A DNA stretch of 64,000 nt. It comes from Lama guanicoe (Eukaryota). The stretch covers positions 4,887,902-4,951,901 of the forward strand of contig MU053652.1 in the NCBI GenBank assembly GCA_013239625.1, read 5' to 3'. The notes under the pieces were generated by a model that did not search any database, was not told the origin of the DNA, and worked only from the letters and a program-made list of their open reading frames with translations. The position numbers and the translations under genes were made by a program. Positions 10,377 to 23,004 of this stretch are shown one piece after another (the stretch's first letter is position 1; the number at the start of each line of letters is the position of its first letter).

Positions 10377-13099
10377 CTGCCGGGAGGAGGAGGGAGTGAG
10401 ACCTGGGTGTTCTGGTCTTCGGAACCTCATCACTAGTTGGGGCTGGGGAGGCAGACAAGCCTGGGGAGTGGGCAGGATGTGGAATGCTGTAGGGTACCCG
10501 CGGCCCTGGCTTGCCCCCGCCCTGCAGGTCGAGGAGGTTTCACAAGATCTTGCTGCCACTTCAGGCCTTAGAGGCATCCAGTCCTCCAGTCTCAGTCCTC
10601 CAATCTACTGGCCATGGCCGAGGAAGCCCTGAGGAACATTCCTGGCCTTTGGTTAAGGAGGTGGAGAAAGTGAGTGGGCACAGAGCAAGACCAAGGCCAA
10701 CCAGCCTTCGTTACTCCCACCGGGGCCGCCCTGGGGTCACAGAGGTGGTAACTGACAGCAGCCTCTCTCTGCAACGTCTCCCAGGGGCAAAAGTGAAGGA
10801 TGGGCCCCACACACGCAACCCTGGACAGGGAAAGGGGCCCAGAACCCATGCCATGGAAGGTGGGGACAATCCTGGGAGCAGGGCCCAGTCTATTCGAATG
10901 TTGCCACTCTGACCTGATGCACCCCGTGAGACACGTGCAACCAAACCTCCAGCGCTGCCAGGCTGGGGTTCCCCTCTCCCAGGCTAACTCAGAGCCCGCG
11001 TCAACTGCGAGGAGGGAGACTCCTTCTCTGCCTTGTCTTTCCTGAATCACTGCTCCGAGGTCACGGGCCCCTGCTGCTTGTCTCTGTTTCACCAGGTGCC
11101 CTCCCTAGCTTCTTCCTACCCTGTCTCCTCACCTGTACTCTGCTGAGCATCAGTCCCCAGTGGCTTCTCCTTTACATCCTTCTGGCCCTGATTCAAGCCC
11201 CACACAAGGCCCTTCGTACCCCTTTGCTCTCTGAGGTGAGGGTGGCTGGGTGTGCGTGGTGTAGGTGAGGGAGTCCTCTCCCTAGCCGCACGGCCCCAGG
11301 CCACTCGGTTACAGGGCCCAACACGTGTTGGTCTTTGGTACACTTGTCACAGCAGGCGGGCCTTATTCATTCCTTGTCTGGGTTTATGTTTCTGTCACTG
11401 CACTGTGAGCTCCTTCAGGGCACAGACCATAGCTCACCCGGTTCTGCTCACTCTCAAGAGGCCTTGTAAAGCCCCGCCGTTCACGGTGCTAGTTCATGGC
11501 ACCGTGGGGGGCGAGGAATCTGCAGACGCGCACAAGGACGCGTGTCCACTCCCGGGTCCCCTGTGCGCACACTCACCAGATGGTTTCAGGGACTTTTCTT
11601 CATCAGCTGCCCTCCCCCTGCCCAGCAGTAAACTCCATTGTTCTCCTGTGCCTGCGTTCCTTCCCATACGGTAAAGTTCCGGGGACTAAGAAGCCTCTGC
11701 ACAGACAAGTTCCTCCTATGCTTGGTCTATTTTTATTATTATTATGGTTTTGCTCCAAGGCAAAAGTTCTGTGAATAGGCAAAGCCCTCTGGGAGGTCCT
11801 TACACAGAGCCTGGTTGGTCATTTACAGCCAACGGCAGTGTGTTCATCATTTCATCAGATTCTTCCCGCAGGCACGCTTTAAGAGAAGGGAGACAGGGCG
11901 AGAGATGTCCCCCTCCTCCAAGAGGGGCGAAAGGTTTCAGAAGAGGGTGGCTGGGCATGCTGAAGGTTTGTCTTCAGGCATTTGATGGAGGGCAGGGCTT
12001 CCTCTGGAGCCCATCACAACCACTCAGGTAGCGTCCCATGCGGCGCCTCACGCCCCCTTCCAATCTTCAGGAAATACGTGGTTCCCCTGCCCGCTAAGTT
12101 CCGTCTCTTTCTTTTCTGCCTTGGCTACCACTCAGTGCAGTGTCTTGGTTTCTAACAGTGGTCAGAGGCAGCCAGGTGGTTGCTACTCAGCAGGACCCAG
12201 AGGCCAGGTGCTGCTTGCCCGGGAGCAGGGTACCCTGGGCAGGGTCTTCTTTGAGTCCCCTTTCCCCAAGCTCTGAGGGCTATTCTCGCTGGCTCCTATG
12301 CTCAGAAACATTCCCACCTGGGCCACCACCCAGACTCCTTTCCCATCCCACCACCCAGAACTGGAGGCCCCCTCTTGGCTTCAGTCCCGAGGCAGAGGCT
12401 GGGCCCTTCTCACCAGGGCTGCAGCTGACTGCAAGAGAGTCTAATCCTGCAGGCTCATCAGCTCCATCTGCACCCTCCCCAGCTCTGCTCTCCCTCCCAG
12501 TTACAGCCAGCCCAGGGCTTGAAACGATCAGTTTTTCTCAGTGAAATGACATTGCCACAAAAGCAGCTGCCTGGGAAATAACATTAGCGGGAAAGTGGCT
12601 GAAATGAGGCTGTTGACAATCGGGAGTGGGCCTGGGGGTGGGGCTGCGGAGGGCAGGCAGAGCCGCACCCTGCCACCCATGGGGCTGCCAACAGTGCTGC
12701 TGACACCTTCAGCCCCTTCTGCCTGGCAAGGATCTGGCTCCTTGGACCGAGAGGTGGCTCTAAGAGCTTTTCCCTCTGACCTCTAAACTAAATGTTTCCC
12801 TGCACAAGGTGGCATTGAAGGGAGGGAGGTCAGGATGGGAGAGTAAAGAGGGATGGTGGGCTGGAGGGGCCACAGTGCAGCTGCTGTGAGAGCCATCTCT
12901 ACTGCCCGCCTCCCTTCCAGAAGCCTCAGGTCTCTGCCTAGGGACCCTGACCACAGTGCACAGCACTTGAGGGCAGGAGGAAGGAGAAGGATGGAGAGAG
13001 AGAGGGTCCTTTAGAAAGACTTCGTGGGGATGACTTCCCCTGGAGTGCTGCCTGTTTCCATGGCAACTGGCTACCACTCAGGGCTATGGTAACCTCTAG

Positions 13100-13207
13100 A
13101 GGAGAAACCCCGGCAGAGACAAGCCCAAGCTCCCCGCCGCCTCCTGCCCTCCCAGGGAAGCTTAGGGGGGAGAGGCACGGAGCAGTGCCGGCTTGCGCTT
13201 TCCGACA
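13100..13207 (-). ncRNA. Sequence homologous to the primate MIR593 locus (function doubtful)
   Basis: Minus strand 13121-13103 reads TGTCTCTGCCGGGGTTTCT, 18/19 identical to recalled hsa-miR-593-3p, in the expected SND1 intron; the 5p arm is diverged. Confidence 0.4.
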
Positions 13208-13591
13208 ACACAGACAATCTGTCCATTGCTTCCATATAGACTCCGAGGGCCACAAATCCTCACACCCAGCCCCTCCAGGGGTGTCTGGAAGCAAAACAAT
13301 TACCTAAGAGTCTCAGAGCACCACCCAGACAAAATTGGTTACCTCACCAGTCCTCAGAGGACCTGCTCAGCCTCGCCCGTTCCAGGGCTCACTTGCAGTT
13401 GATAAAATGACCTGCAGGCCCAGAGTGTGGCGTATGGGGCCTGGGAGGTGGGCAGCAGCCACGAGGTGTTTGGAGAAGCCCCTGGAACCCTTGAGCTGTG
13501 TCCCTCTCTCCCCCTGAAGAGAGGGGTCCTGGACGCTGGACCACGCCAGGAGCTGAGGCAGCAGGGCCTGGGGCCAGGTCTGCGCACTCAC

Positions 13592-13733
13592 CCGTCTCCA
13601 CATCCTGTACGTAGAAGTGCAGGTCGTCGGTGATCTCGGTCACAAACACTGGCTTGTAGCTGGCTGAGCGCTCCTTCTCCTCCAGTACGGGTGTCACCTC
13701 CTCCACAGGCTGTTCCTCATAGTGGGCCCAGAC
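13592..13733 (-). CDS. SND1: SND1 coding exon 18: [10 protein letters not shown]...FYVQDVET(G)
   Basis: 142 nt (47 codons + 1 nt); CAG acceptor, GTGAGT donor; phase fits the next exon. Confidence 0.97.
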
Positions 13734-14574
13734 CTGCACGTGTGGTCAGCAGAGGGGAGGAGGTGAAGTCAGAAAGGACACCAGGAAAGGGGCTTTGGAC
13801 AGGGGAATCACTGCCCCTGGGCGAGTGAATCTGGGGTGACGGCACCAGAGGGCACACATGTCACACTGGGCTGAGCCCTTGAAACTCTCCTACCTCTGGG
13901 GGAAAAGGGAGGGTGAGGAGAGAGGTTCTCAAACTCTGGCAGGCATCAGAAGCAACTGGGGAGCTTACTGAAAAGGCAGGTGCCTGGGGTCCAGCCTGCC
14001 AAATTAGGATGTGCTGTAAGGGTCCCAAACAAAGGCTCCCAGGGGATTCCCATTTACACCAGAGTGTGAGAACCTTGGCGCCGGAGTGGTGCTTGGTCCC
14101 CATCTCCCTCCCTTATACCATTCTGCAGGGGTCACTCTGAACCCTTCAGGCCCTCCTGCTGTCACAGGGCCACAAGCACTCCTGAGGCTCTCCAAGTGAC
14201 AGCCCTGGGCTGTGGAGGGGAGGGTTGCCACTGTGAGAGACTGCCTCTTCTCAGCAACTCCTCTGTCCTCCTCACCTCAAGCAGGTTACTCTGACCCCAG
14301 CTCAGAAGCTGGGCCACTCCCCTCCACCCTTCCTCCCCCAGCCCTGCACTGTCAGGGCCACAGCGGCTCAGAAGCTGATTCGAGGTGACAGCGCGTCAAG
14401 TCCAATCCCGCGGCCAGGAGATTATCCCAGTAGTGAGGCCTGTCAGAGCAGGGGAGGAAGGTGGCTTTCCAGCTGAGCGGCAGAAAAGTGAATTGGGGGA
14501 GTACAGGGGCTGGACCCACAGGCGGGGTCCCACAGACACACACAGCAATCGGGGTGGTGATAAAAGTATTAGCT

Positions 14575-14760
14575 AAAAACTTACATGTTTACTACGTGCC
14601 ACACTCAACAGTATTCAAGCATTAACTCACTTGATCCTCACAACATCCCTGTGAAAAGGCATTAACATTGCCCCTATTTCTACAAATGAGGAAATCGAGG
14701 CACACAGGCTTGCTAGGAATAGCAGAATCAGAATTTGAACACAGGCAGCCTGGCTCTTGG
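14575..14760 (-). mobile_element. MIR SINE
   Basis: ATCCTCACAACA.CCCTGTGA...ACAAATGAGGAAA..GAGGCAC...GAATTTGAAC.CAGGC. Confidence 0.75.
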
Positions 14761-17700
14761 CCTCCTCAAGGGGAATTTTGGCTTTGACTGGGTCTTTGGA
14801 CATCATGGGGCGAACTGAGCAGTGGGAAAAGATGTAGGTGGGAGACGTGGGCTCGGTCCTTTCATTTTGCCCCTTCGTTACTGTGTGACTTTCGTCAAGT
14901 CACATGCCTTCTCTGAATCCTCTTTTCTTCCCTTGCAAGAGGAAGGAGTCTGACCACATCATCACTCAGCTGACAGCCAGATTCCGGGGGCTGGGGGAGC
15001 TGGGGGGTGGTGGGCAACAGGAAGCAGCTGAAGGGCAGGAATGCTGGAATTACTGAACCACCATGGGCCATGCTCACAGGAGCCAGGCTCCCGCCTTTAA
15101 CATGGCATGAGTCTGTTGTGTCCATTCAGCAGAAGGCAAGGGCCCTGAGAACTAGCATGAGCAACAGGCACTTTCTGAGCCTGCGGGAGGCTGCCAGGCA
15201 GTGGCGGAGAGGGTGGGAGAGACATCACCTAGGCCCAAACTTCTGCCACGGCACATCAGTGCCCTCTGCCTTCAGAGGCTGAGTTTGTGGGCCGGGCCCT
15301 AACCCAAAGAGCTCCCAACCCCTGTCCCTTCCTCCTATCAGCACAGCCACTTTATGATCAGTGCCAAGACAGCCCCAGGCTTGGCCACCAGGGGAGGAGG
15401 TAGGTGGCAAGATTTTAATTCAGTCAGATCAGAGACTCCTGGCCTAACCCCTCAAGGGCCCACCTACCCTACGGAGAAGGGGGCCTCTAGCTTTTAGACT
15501 TTCCTGTGAAAGGGTCTCTCCAATCAGAGGCCGTGGCACGGACCACTGAGAGCACTTTAGGGGAGCCACAATTATGTCCAGTCTCCAGGCCTACCGCCTG
15601 TTGCAGCTGAGGCTTTCCCCCTGGGCCCCTGAGCCGGAAGAGTCCCAGAGAAGCGACTACTCAGTCGATTACTCCTACGGACACATCTGGACTCCCAGCA
15701 GCTCGGAGGATCAATGAGAGACAAGCCTGTCAGCACTACCACAATGAGCTGGAGCCGAGCCCTGTCGCCTCCCCGCCAGCGGCCCTCCTGGCCCAGCGGT
15801 CTGTCCCCTGCCCCCTTTCCCACCAGCACCTCCAATCTGTACTCTGCGCCCCTGCCCCTTCCAGACTGAGTCGGTGGCCCTCCCCTCTCCCATCCTGCTC
15901 CCTCCTTTCCCAGCACACAGGGGGTGGGGTCGGAGAGACGGGGTCTGGCTCCTTAGTGGGCCCCCATCCCAACCCGACCTGACCAGCTTCCCTGGGCTGC
16001 AGGGGAGGGAGGCTCTGGGCGGTGTTGATGAACTGGGAACAGACTGACAGGGTGAGAGCGGAAACTGCTAACGACTCCTCAAGTAAAGGTGCCTCAGGCG
16101 TCACCACCAGGTTTCCTCCAGGGGAGAGGAGGTGGAGCGCCTTTCCTGGCAGGCTCAGGTGGGCAGCAGGCAGGAGGTCACGGGCGATGCAGACAAAGCC
16201 TCGGGGTCGGCCCCTTGCTCCTACAGGGAAGCAGCAAGGGCCGGTCCTATGCAAGGCCCCATAGTTCACGGGGCAGTAGGAGGGAAGCAGGAGAGTATAC
16301 GCTGCTGCCTCCTGAGGTGAGAAGACACCAGGAGCACGAGGTTCCCAAGGGCAGAAGAGGGAGAGCCTAGCCCTTCTGGTAGCAGAGACTTGCAGGTTCC
16401 CTCAACCAGCTGGTAAACGTGGCCCGGCCAGCTGGCTTCGGTGGGGAGTCAGCTGGATGGGTGTGGCCCACAGTGATTTAGGTTGCCCCTCTGCAGAACT
16501 GGGGCAAGGAAGGGACAGACACACTGGCAAGACACCCTCTGACCCCTCCATGGCCCTGGCTACAGACCCAAGTGGGCAACAGGCAAGGGACACCCCTCCC
16601 TTGCCCACTCCACACCGCTCTGTCACGCTATTTCCTGTCCTGCTCAGATTGCTTCTGCATTCTGGAGCCAGGTCAGGAACAGAGGCTGTCTCTCCTCCTG
16701 TCCTTACCCTGCCCCTGGCCCTCCCTCTTCCCTGCGCTTCCTCCCCAGGGAGCCCCGGGTCCTCCTCCTGGCAGGCGATGGGCAATGTGGACCGAGGCTC
16801 CACTGGCTGGAGCCTTTCCTTTCTAAATCCTATTTAATATCGCTGTTCAGGAGGCTCCGGAGGTGGGGCTGGCGTGGGGCCAGGGTGGTGGAGGCCTTCA
16901 AGCCCGCAGTGGGGAAGCCAAGCTCAATAAAAGCCAATCAATGGCCAATCCAGCCCTGTCAAGGGCCCTGCTGGGGCACGAGTGGGGAGGAGGGATGGGG
17001 GAATAGTCCAGACAGCTGCCATCTACTGCTCCCTCTTTGGTCCTCAGACCTGCCCAGGATCCCTGAAGGGGGGTGGGTGGGTAACCCTGCATCAGCCTCC
17101 TGCAGAGGAAGGGGAGGGCTGACTAGGAGAGGAGTCTGCACAGCACAGGGAGGAATTAGGTCTGGCAGGGAGGCAGCTAAGTTCTCAGAGCCGGGAATAC
17201 AGCATTGTTGGATTTCCCCAGACAGACCTACTCACAAATGCACATGCACACAATCACACCCACCTAAGATTTCTGCACGCTCCTGGTCTCACAAAATCTC
17301 AGTATTACCTTCCTCAGTCAGCTCACAGGTACCTCCATCATCTTTTAACCCCAGATGTGCAAGGTTGGGGGGGTCCTGGGGACACCTCAGACATGTCATT
17401 TACTGCCCCCCAGCAGATGACCAAATTCTCTCATCTGAGTCCAGTCAACGATGAGGGCTGCTGCAAAGCTCTGCCCACGCTGCTCCTGGGACATGGCGCC
17501 ACGAGGAGAAGGCAGGCCACGCTGGGTTCCCCCAGGATCCACCAGAGGATGAGATGCGTAGGAGAGGGACCCAGGAGGCAGGCAGGCCCTTGCGCTCAGT
17601 CAGAGTGGTGTACTGCATTTTAATTGGACTGGAATAAAACCACGCAGCCTGTGTAAGTAATTAATCACTGGTAATTACTCCTCAGCACCATCACGTGGCA

Positions 17701-19318
17701 CCAGCAAAATGATGACTCGGACTCTTTCAGACAAATCTACTGTGTAGTAAGTAGTGATGCCCAGTTCAGCACCTAAGCAAGGGACCACCTTTCTGTCTTT
17801 GGCCAGATTCCCCTCTCTGCCCTCTCCTGGGTCCCTCTGGGATCTCTAATTCTCAGAGGGCAGAAGATGACTAAGATCTGAAGCGTCAGCTTCTGTGCTA
17901 AGGTGCTGAGTAGCCAGGGAGCAAAGATGCTTTCAGAATCTGGGCCTCAGAGGCGGCTGCTTGCCACACTGACCCCGAGCCACTCAATCTTTGGTGAAGG
18001 TTCAGCCTCTGCATGTGAGGCTCCAGCACCACGTCGCCTTTGTTTCCCTGCAGCCGGCAGAGGACACGGGGGTGGCAGTCTGACGTTCAGCTGTCACAAA
18101 CAGGAAATCCAAGAGGAAGCGCCTCTGCTGTAGGAGTGAGGCTCCCTTTCACTCTAGGAAGAACAGGGTTTAATGTGAGCTGAACTGGGACAAGGAAGGG
18201 TGGAAACCTCCTCGGAGGCCCCATGGTGGCCCACTCACTCCTCCAAGGTATCGGCAGTCCCCTCCACCTGTCCTAGCTTTCTGGGCCCCCTCTCCCTGGA
18301 GTCCTCCCACCTCCATTAGGGTTGGTCATCTGCACCAGTCCCCAGGGGATGAGAATAAGAGATACAGAGAAATCCAAGGTGTCCCGAGCCTGGCTCCTGG
18401 GGGAAGTGAAGTATTGCCTCTTAGAGGGAAGGCAGGAAGAGCCTGAGCGAGGACGAGAACCAGGGACCTTCTGGGCCCCAAAGCCCCCTACTCCTTTTGG
18501 CAGGTATCTGGGCTGTGGCTCTGAGAGGCAAGTTGTAAGCCAGATGGCTGTCCCATGGGGAAGGAAATGTTTATTCCTGGAACAAATTTATGGCTCAGCA
18601 CGGCTGTCCCATGAAGTCCTCCTCAAGCTCAGAGAAGCCCTGACAAATTGGTGGCCGGCTGATTTATCCCCATTATCAGGGCTGGGCTGTAAGTCAGCGG
18701 CGACAGGCTGAGTGGGGGGGGGGGTGCCGAGCCGGGCTCCCATCACCAAACCACTGGGTTCCTTAATCGTCCATTTGTTTCCAAAAGCTGCTTTCCGACC
18801 CACCCCCCTTGTCTCTTCAATGCAGTGTCTGCAGAGACTGATGGACTGTAAATCTGCTGTCCTAACAGCTTTATGCATCTCCTGGGGCAGCTTCCAAAAT
18901 GGGTTTCACTACAGGGCAGTGTAAAGGAAATTCAGATGGGGGCTGCAGGCCGCCCAGCCCCTCTGAGGGCACTGGAGGGTCAGGGCGGGCGAAGGTCACA
19001 CCTCCTGGTCTCCTGCTTCCCAGGCGCTCCCCAGTCGTTTCTCGCATTACTCCAAGGTCACCTTCCAGACAGCTTCCTGCTCCAGGGCCACCAGAGCAGG
19101 CCTGACAGGGGTGCCCAGAGCAGATCTGGGGCCTGCCTTGGCTTAGGGTTCCAGACCTGGAGTCTGAGACCAACACGAACCGGTGTCACTCATTTGGGGT
19201 CCGAGAGAACCGCTTCCTTCTGCTGTACGGAGGCAGCAGTGCTAGGGCTTGCAGGGGGAGAGGAGGGCAAGGGAGGGCAGCCGCCTCCTCCCTGTCCAGG
19301 CCCAATTCCACAGCCTAC

Positions 19319-19507
19319 CTTCTCCTTCTTCTGCTTGGCGGCCTCCTCGGCAGACAGCAGGGATTTGTAGTAGGAGCTGCGCTCAGCAGTGAAGTGGACC
19401 TTGGAGAGCGCGTGCTCCACCAGCAAGACGGACAGGTTGGCGCTGTCGATGTGCAGCCAGCCGATGAAGTTGCCGGCCTTGTCCATGCTCTCCACCTCCA
19501 CCTCCAC
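19319..19507 (-). CDS. SND1: SND1 coding exon (human exon 17 equivalent), SN4 domain: [10 protein letters not shown]...AAKQKKEK
   Basis: 189 nt, 63 codons, matching the recalled SND1 peptide. Acceptor AG at 19509-19508 after a pyrimidine tract; donor GTAGGC from 19318. Upstream exons lie beyond the window end. Confidence 0.97.
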
Positions 19508-22500
19508 CTGGGGAGCAGAGAGAAGGGGCGTCAGCCTGCGAGGGTGAGGAGTGTGCAGGGGAGGAGGGCGGCGCTGAGGCCCAGTGCTCCCAGGCCCTGG
19601 GCAGCTGCCACCACGGTCACTCCATGTAATGGGAGCAGCTGGAATGAGGAGAGGGAAGAGATGAGATGAGCAGAGAGCAGGAGCTCGATGGAGCCTCTTA
19701 GGCCCCTTTACTTCCATGCTGTGAGCTGGGTCTACACATTTTAGCCTCTCAGACCTCAGAATCATCCTCAATAGACACATCACTGACAAAGCAACTTCAA
19801 ACCTCCCCTCTCTTCTCAAATCCCTTCCCCTTTCTTTTGGCAGGGAACTACTAGGGTAAACTTGACTCTCCTTAGCTTAAGCGAGCTATGTGTGCATGTG
19901 CACGTGCGTGCAGCTGAAGGTCAGAGGTGAGACAGGCGGCAGACGCAGCTCTGGGCACACCCCCTCTTCTTAGCACGCACTGACCCCAGCTCTGATAGGA
20001 AGAACAGGCCAGGCCCTGGGGAACAAGGCAATCCTGAGGAGAGGGGAATGGGTGTTCCTCCTGGAAGAGCTGAAAGAAGTAATGCTTCAGGCAGGGAAAG
20101 CCCGGCGAGGACAGGAGGGAAGGGGACTGGTGGGCAGAAAATACACAAACACACAGGGGGTAGTTAGGGGGTGATTCCAGCGGGAGGTTACCCCTAAACA
20201 GGAATACCTAGAAGGGTGTATTCCCTGCCATTAGTCCAGACCTTGGGGCCGAGCACTGTGGCTGGTCCCCAGACCCCGCAGGGTGCCTGCAGGCCCTGGG
20301 CCTCCTCCCCCGAGGGCCTCCCCAAGACCCAGGGGCCCACAGCTGGCACGGACTCTGCTCCGGCCTCATGAAGGCAATGGCCTGGGATAAACTCTCTCTT
20401 TGATTCTTTCCCAACATCCTTCTTCCCCTGCTAAAGGGGCTTATAAAAGCCTCTGCTGCCAAACGTAAAAACTTGTATTAATTTAAATGGCTTCAAGCTC
20501 GATTAAGCAATAAAATGAATGTCTAAATACCTGGGAATTCTCTGAAGCCTGGGCTGGAGCTGGTGGCAGTAGCCGAAGGCAGAGGGCTAGGTTTGAGGGG
20601 TCAGAGGGGAGGAGAGCAGCCAACCACCCGGCGGAGTTCTGACTCAGCAGGGGAGGTGTTGGGGACTCCCTGTGAGCAGAGGTGGCTTGGCATGCAGAGG
20701 GAAGGCAGTGGGCAGGACAAGGAGCAGGACTAGGGAGGTGGGACCTGGCTTCCTCTTATTCTGGAACACCCTCTTCCTACTTGAGGCCCCCTGTTACCCC
20801 CTTGAGTGGAAATACAAGTCCAACAATGCCTGAAGTGGGGCGTATTGCAACGGGATATGAAGAGTTGATTAGAGCTAGAAAAAAAAATATACTGCTTAGA
20901 TCTAATCCAACACCATTTTATTGGTGGGGAAAGTGAGGCACAGAGAAGGGAAGTGGAGTGAGTGACGGCAGAGCTGAGAGCAAGATCCAGGTTTATCTGT
21001 TGCCTTCCCCACTGCCTCCTTTTCTTGGGAGCAGAAAAGACTCTCCCCTATCTCCTCCTCTATAGCCTCCTGTTTCAGGAGCAGTCCTTCCTCCTCCAGC
21101 CACTACTCTGACCCCCTTCCTTGCTTTTCCACTGGGTCCATCTAGGACCCTGGGACCTTGCAACTCCCTGGTAGAGCCAGGGGGAAGTGCTGGGCTCTGC
21201 TGGGCTGGGTCTGCCCAACACTTGCACCAACTGCTGACAGGCGAAGGCAGGAAGAACCAGCATCCTGCACCTGCAGATGACAAAATACGTTTCTCCTTTC
21301 TCTAATTCTGGCAATTAACTTACTGGGTGACCTGCATTTGCGGGAGAGGACAGCTGTGCAAAATTGTGCTCGATAAAAAACAGGTGCCCCAAGAACTCCT
21401 AAGGCACAGCTAGTAAGGTGCCTAAATTCATCGAGGAGAGGAATGGACTCCCTGAAGAGTCCTTTGCCACCCTGTAAATGCTGGGGGCACCGGAGCACAG
21501 GGCACCCCTACTGTGGCAGGGCTGAGGAGGGAGAGGCTGCCGGGCTTGCTGGGATCGGACAAGAAGGGATGGACAAAATGATACACAGGAAGACCCTCAA
21601 TTATTTTTCCTCGTTTGCTGAGCTTTATGCTAAAGCCAAGAAGCAGCAAGAAGTCCCAGAGGAATTCTGGGGAGCAGAAGGAAGAACAGAGGGGCTGCCT
21701 GCCTTGTGTCTGGGGGCTCAGAGACCACAGGCAGAATACGGGGGTGAGGAGGTGCCAGTGCTGGTTTCCACCACCAAGCCACTGGGCTCCTCTGCATTTG
21801 GGGGCTCATGAGATCCTCAGACCCTCATACAATGAAACTAGTACATTTCCAGGCCAACACTGAGCCCAGGCCCATGCCAGCTTCCCCATTCCTGGACCTC
21901 TTGTCTTACACTGTGTTCATTGCCAAGTGTCCTTTCCCTCAAACTGGGGATGGCTGCCCTGCTTGAGCACAAGCTCTCCCTCCAGCCCTGAGAGCTTGTG
22001 GTGGGCCGGTGTGGCTGTGACAGGAAGCGCGATGGCTTCTCTGGGCACCAGATTGCTGGGGTGGAGGCAAGAACCTCAGAGATGGGTCACAGAAGCAACC
22101 GCACAGGTACAATCCCTCTCATCCTAGAAGGTGCGCACGCTCTACACAGAGAACGCCAAATTCACACCTTGTCCTCTGAGGCCATGACCAGATGCTGGCC
22201 TCTCAAGGGCTGCCACTGGAGGGAGACCCCAGTGACCAGCAGCCACGCCGGGGGCCAGCACTGCTGGGGAGCAGCCAGGATCTTTTGGCAGGTGAGCCCT
22301 GGCCGCACTTACCCAGCCTCTCCCTGCCTGCAGTCGATATGCTAACTTGGGCTTGACAAGCCCCTGGGCCCAGCCAGCCGCAGAGGAAAGAAATCTCTGG
22401 CCTTGGGCACTGTGCTGCCGCCCAATCCATCTCCCGTTGTAGAGAGAGATAAAGCTGTCGCCCGTGGGTCTCTGCTTCCCCTTTTATTACAGCTGCTGCA

Positions 22501-22928
22501 ACCACGGTAATTTCTCAATCAAACACAGGCACTCAGGGGAAGGGGGGCTCGGCTCAGCGGAGGAATGGGGCTGGGCCAGTGCCCCTGCTGCTCCCGAGTG
22601 TCTGGGCTTCCAGCCTCTCTAGCTGAGCCCTGGGCTGTGTCTGTCCTTCTGCACATGCCTCAGCCTGGATGGCACAGGGGTTCAGTTTGAAGATCAGCAT
22701 CTTGGCTCTTTAGCTCTGGGAAAGTTACAGGGGAAACAAGGGGAGCAAACAGGGGGTTCGGCAAGGGTACATGTGTTCATCCTTCATCATTTTTCTCTTT
22801 CATACTGACCGCCGGGAATTTGTGACTTGACTATATTACGTGGGTCCACACCTGTAAAAGCTCTATTTCTTTGTTCAACTTTTAAGACGTTAAGACTCAA
22901 ATTTCTGAGTTTTTCTAATTAAAAAATT

Positions 22929-22985
22929 ATGTATATACACATATGTATATGTACATACACACACAAAATATATATACACACATAA
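22929..22985 (+). repeat. Imperfect (TA)/(CA) simple repeat
   Basis: Direct reading. Confidence 0.75.
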
Positions 22986-23004
22986 ACAAATAAACATAGT
23001 TATT

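Noticed and set aside
19417-19440. RE1-like CCAGCAAGACGGACAG in SND1 exon 17
   Set aside because: Mismatches in the critical CACC core; explained by coding sequence.
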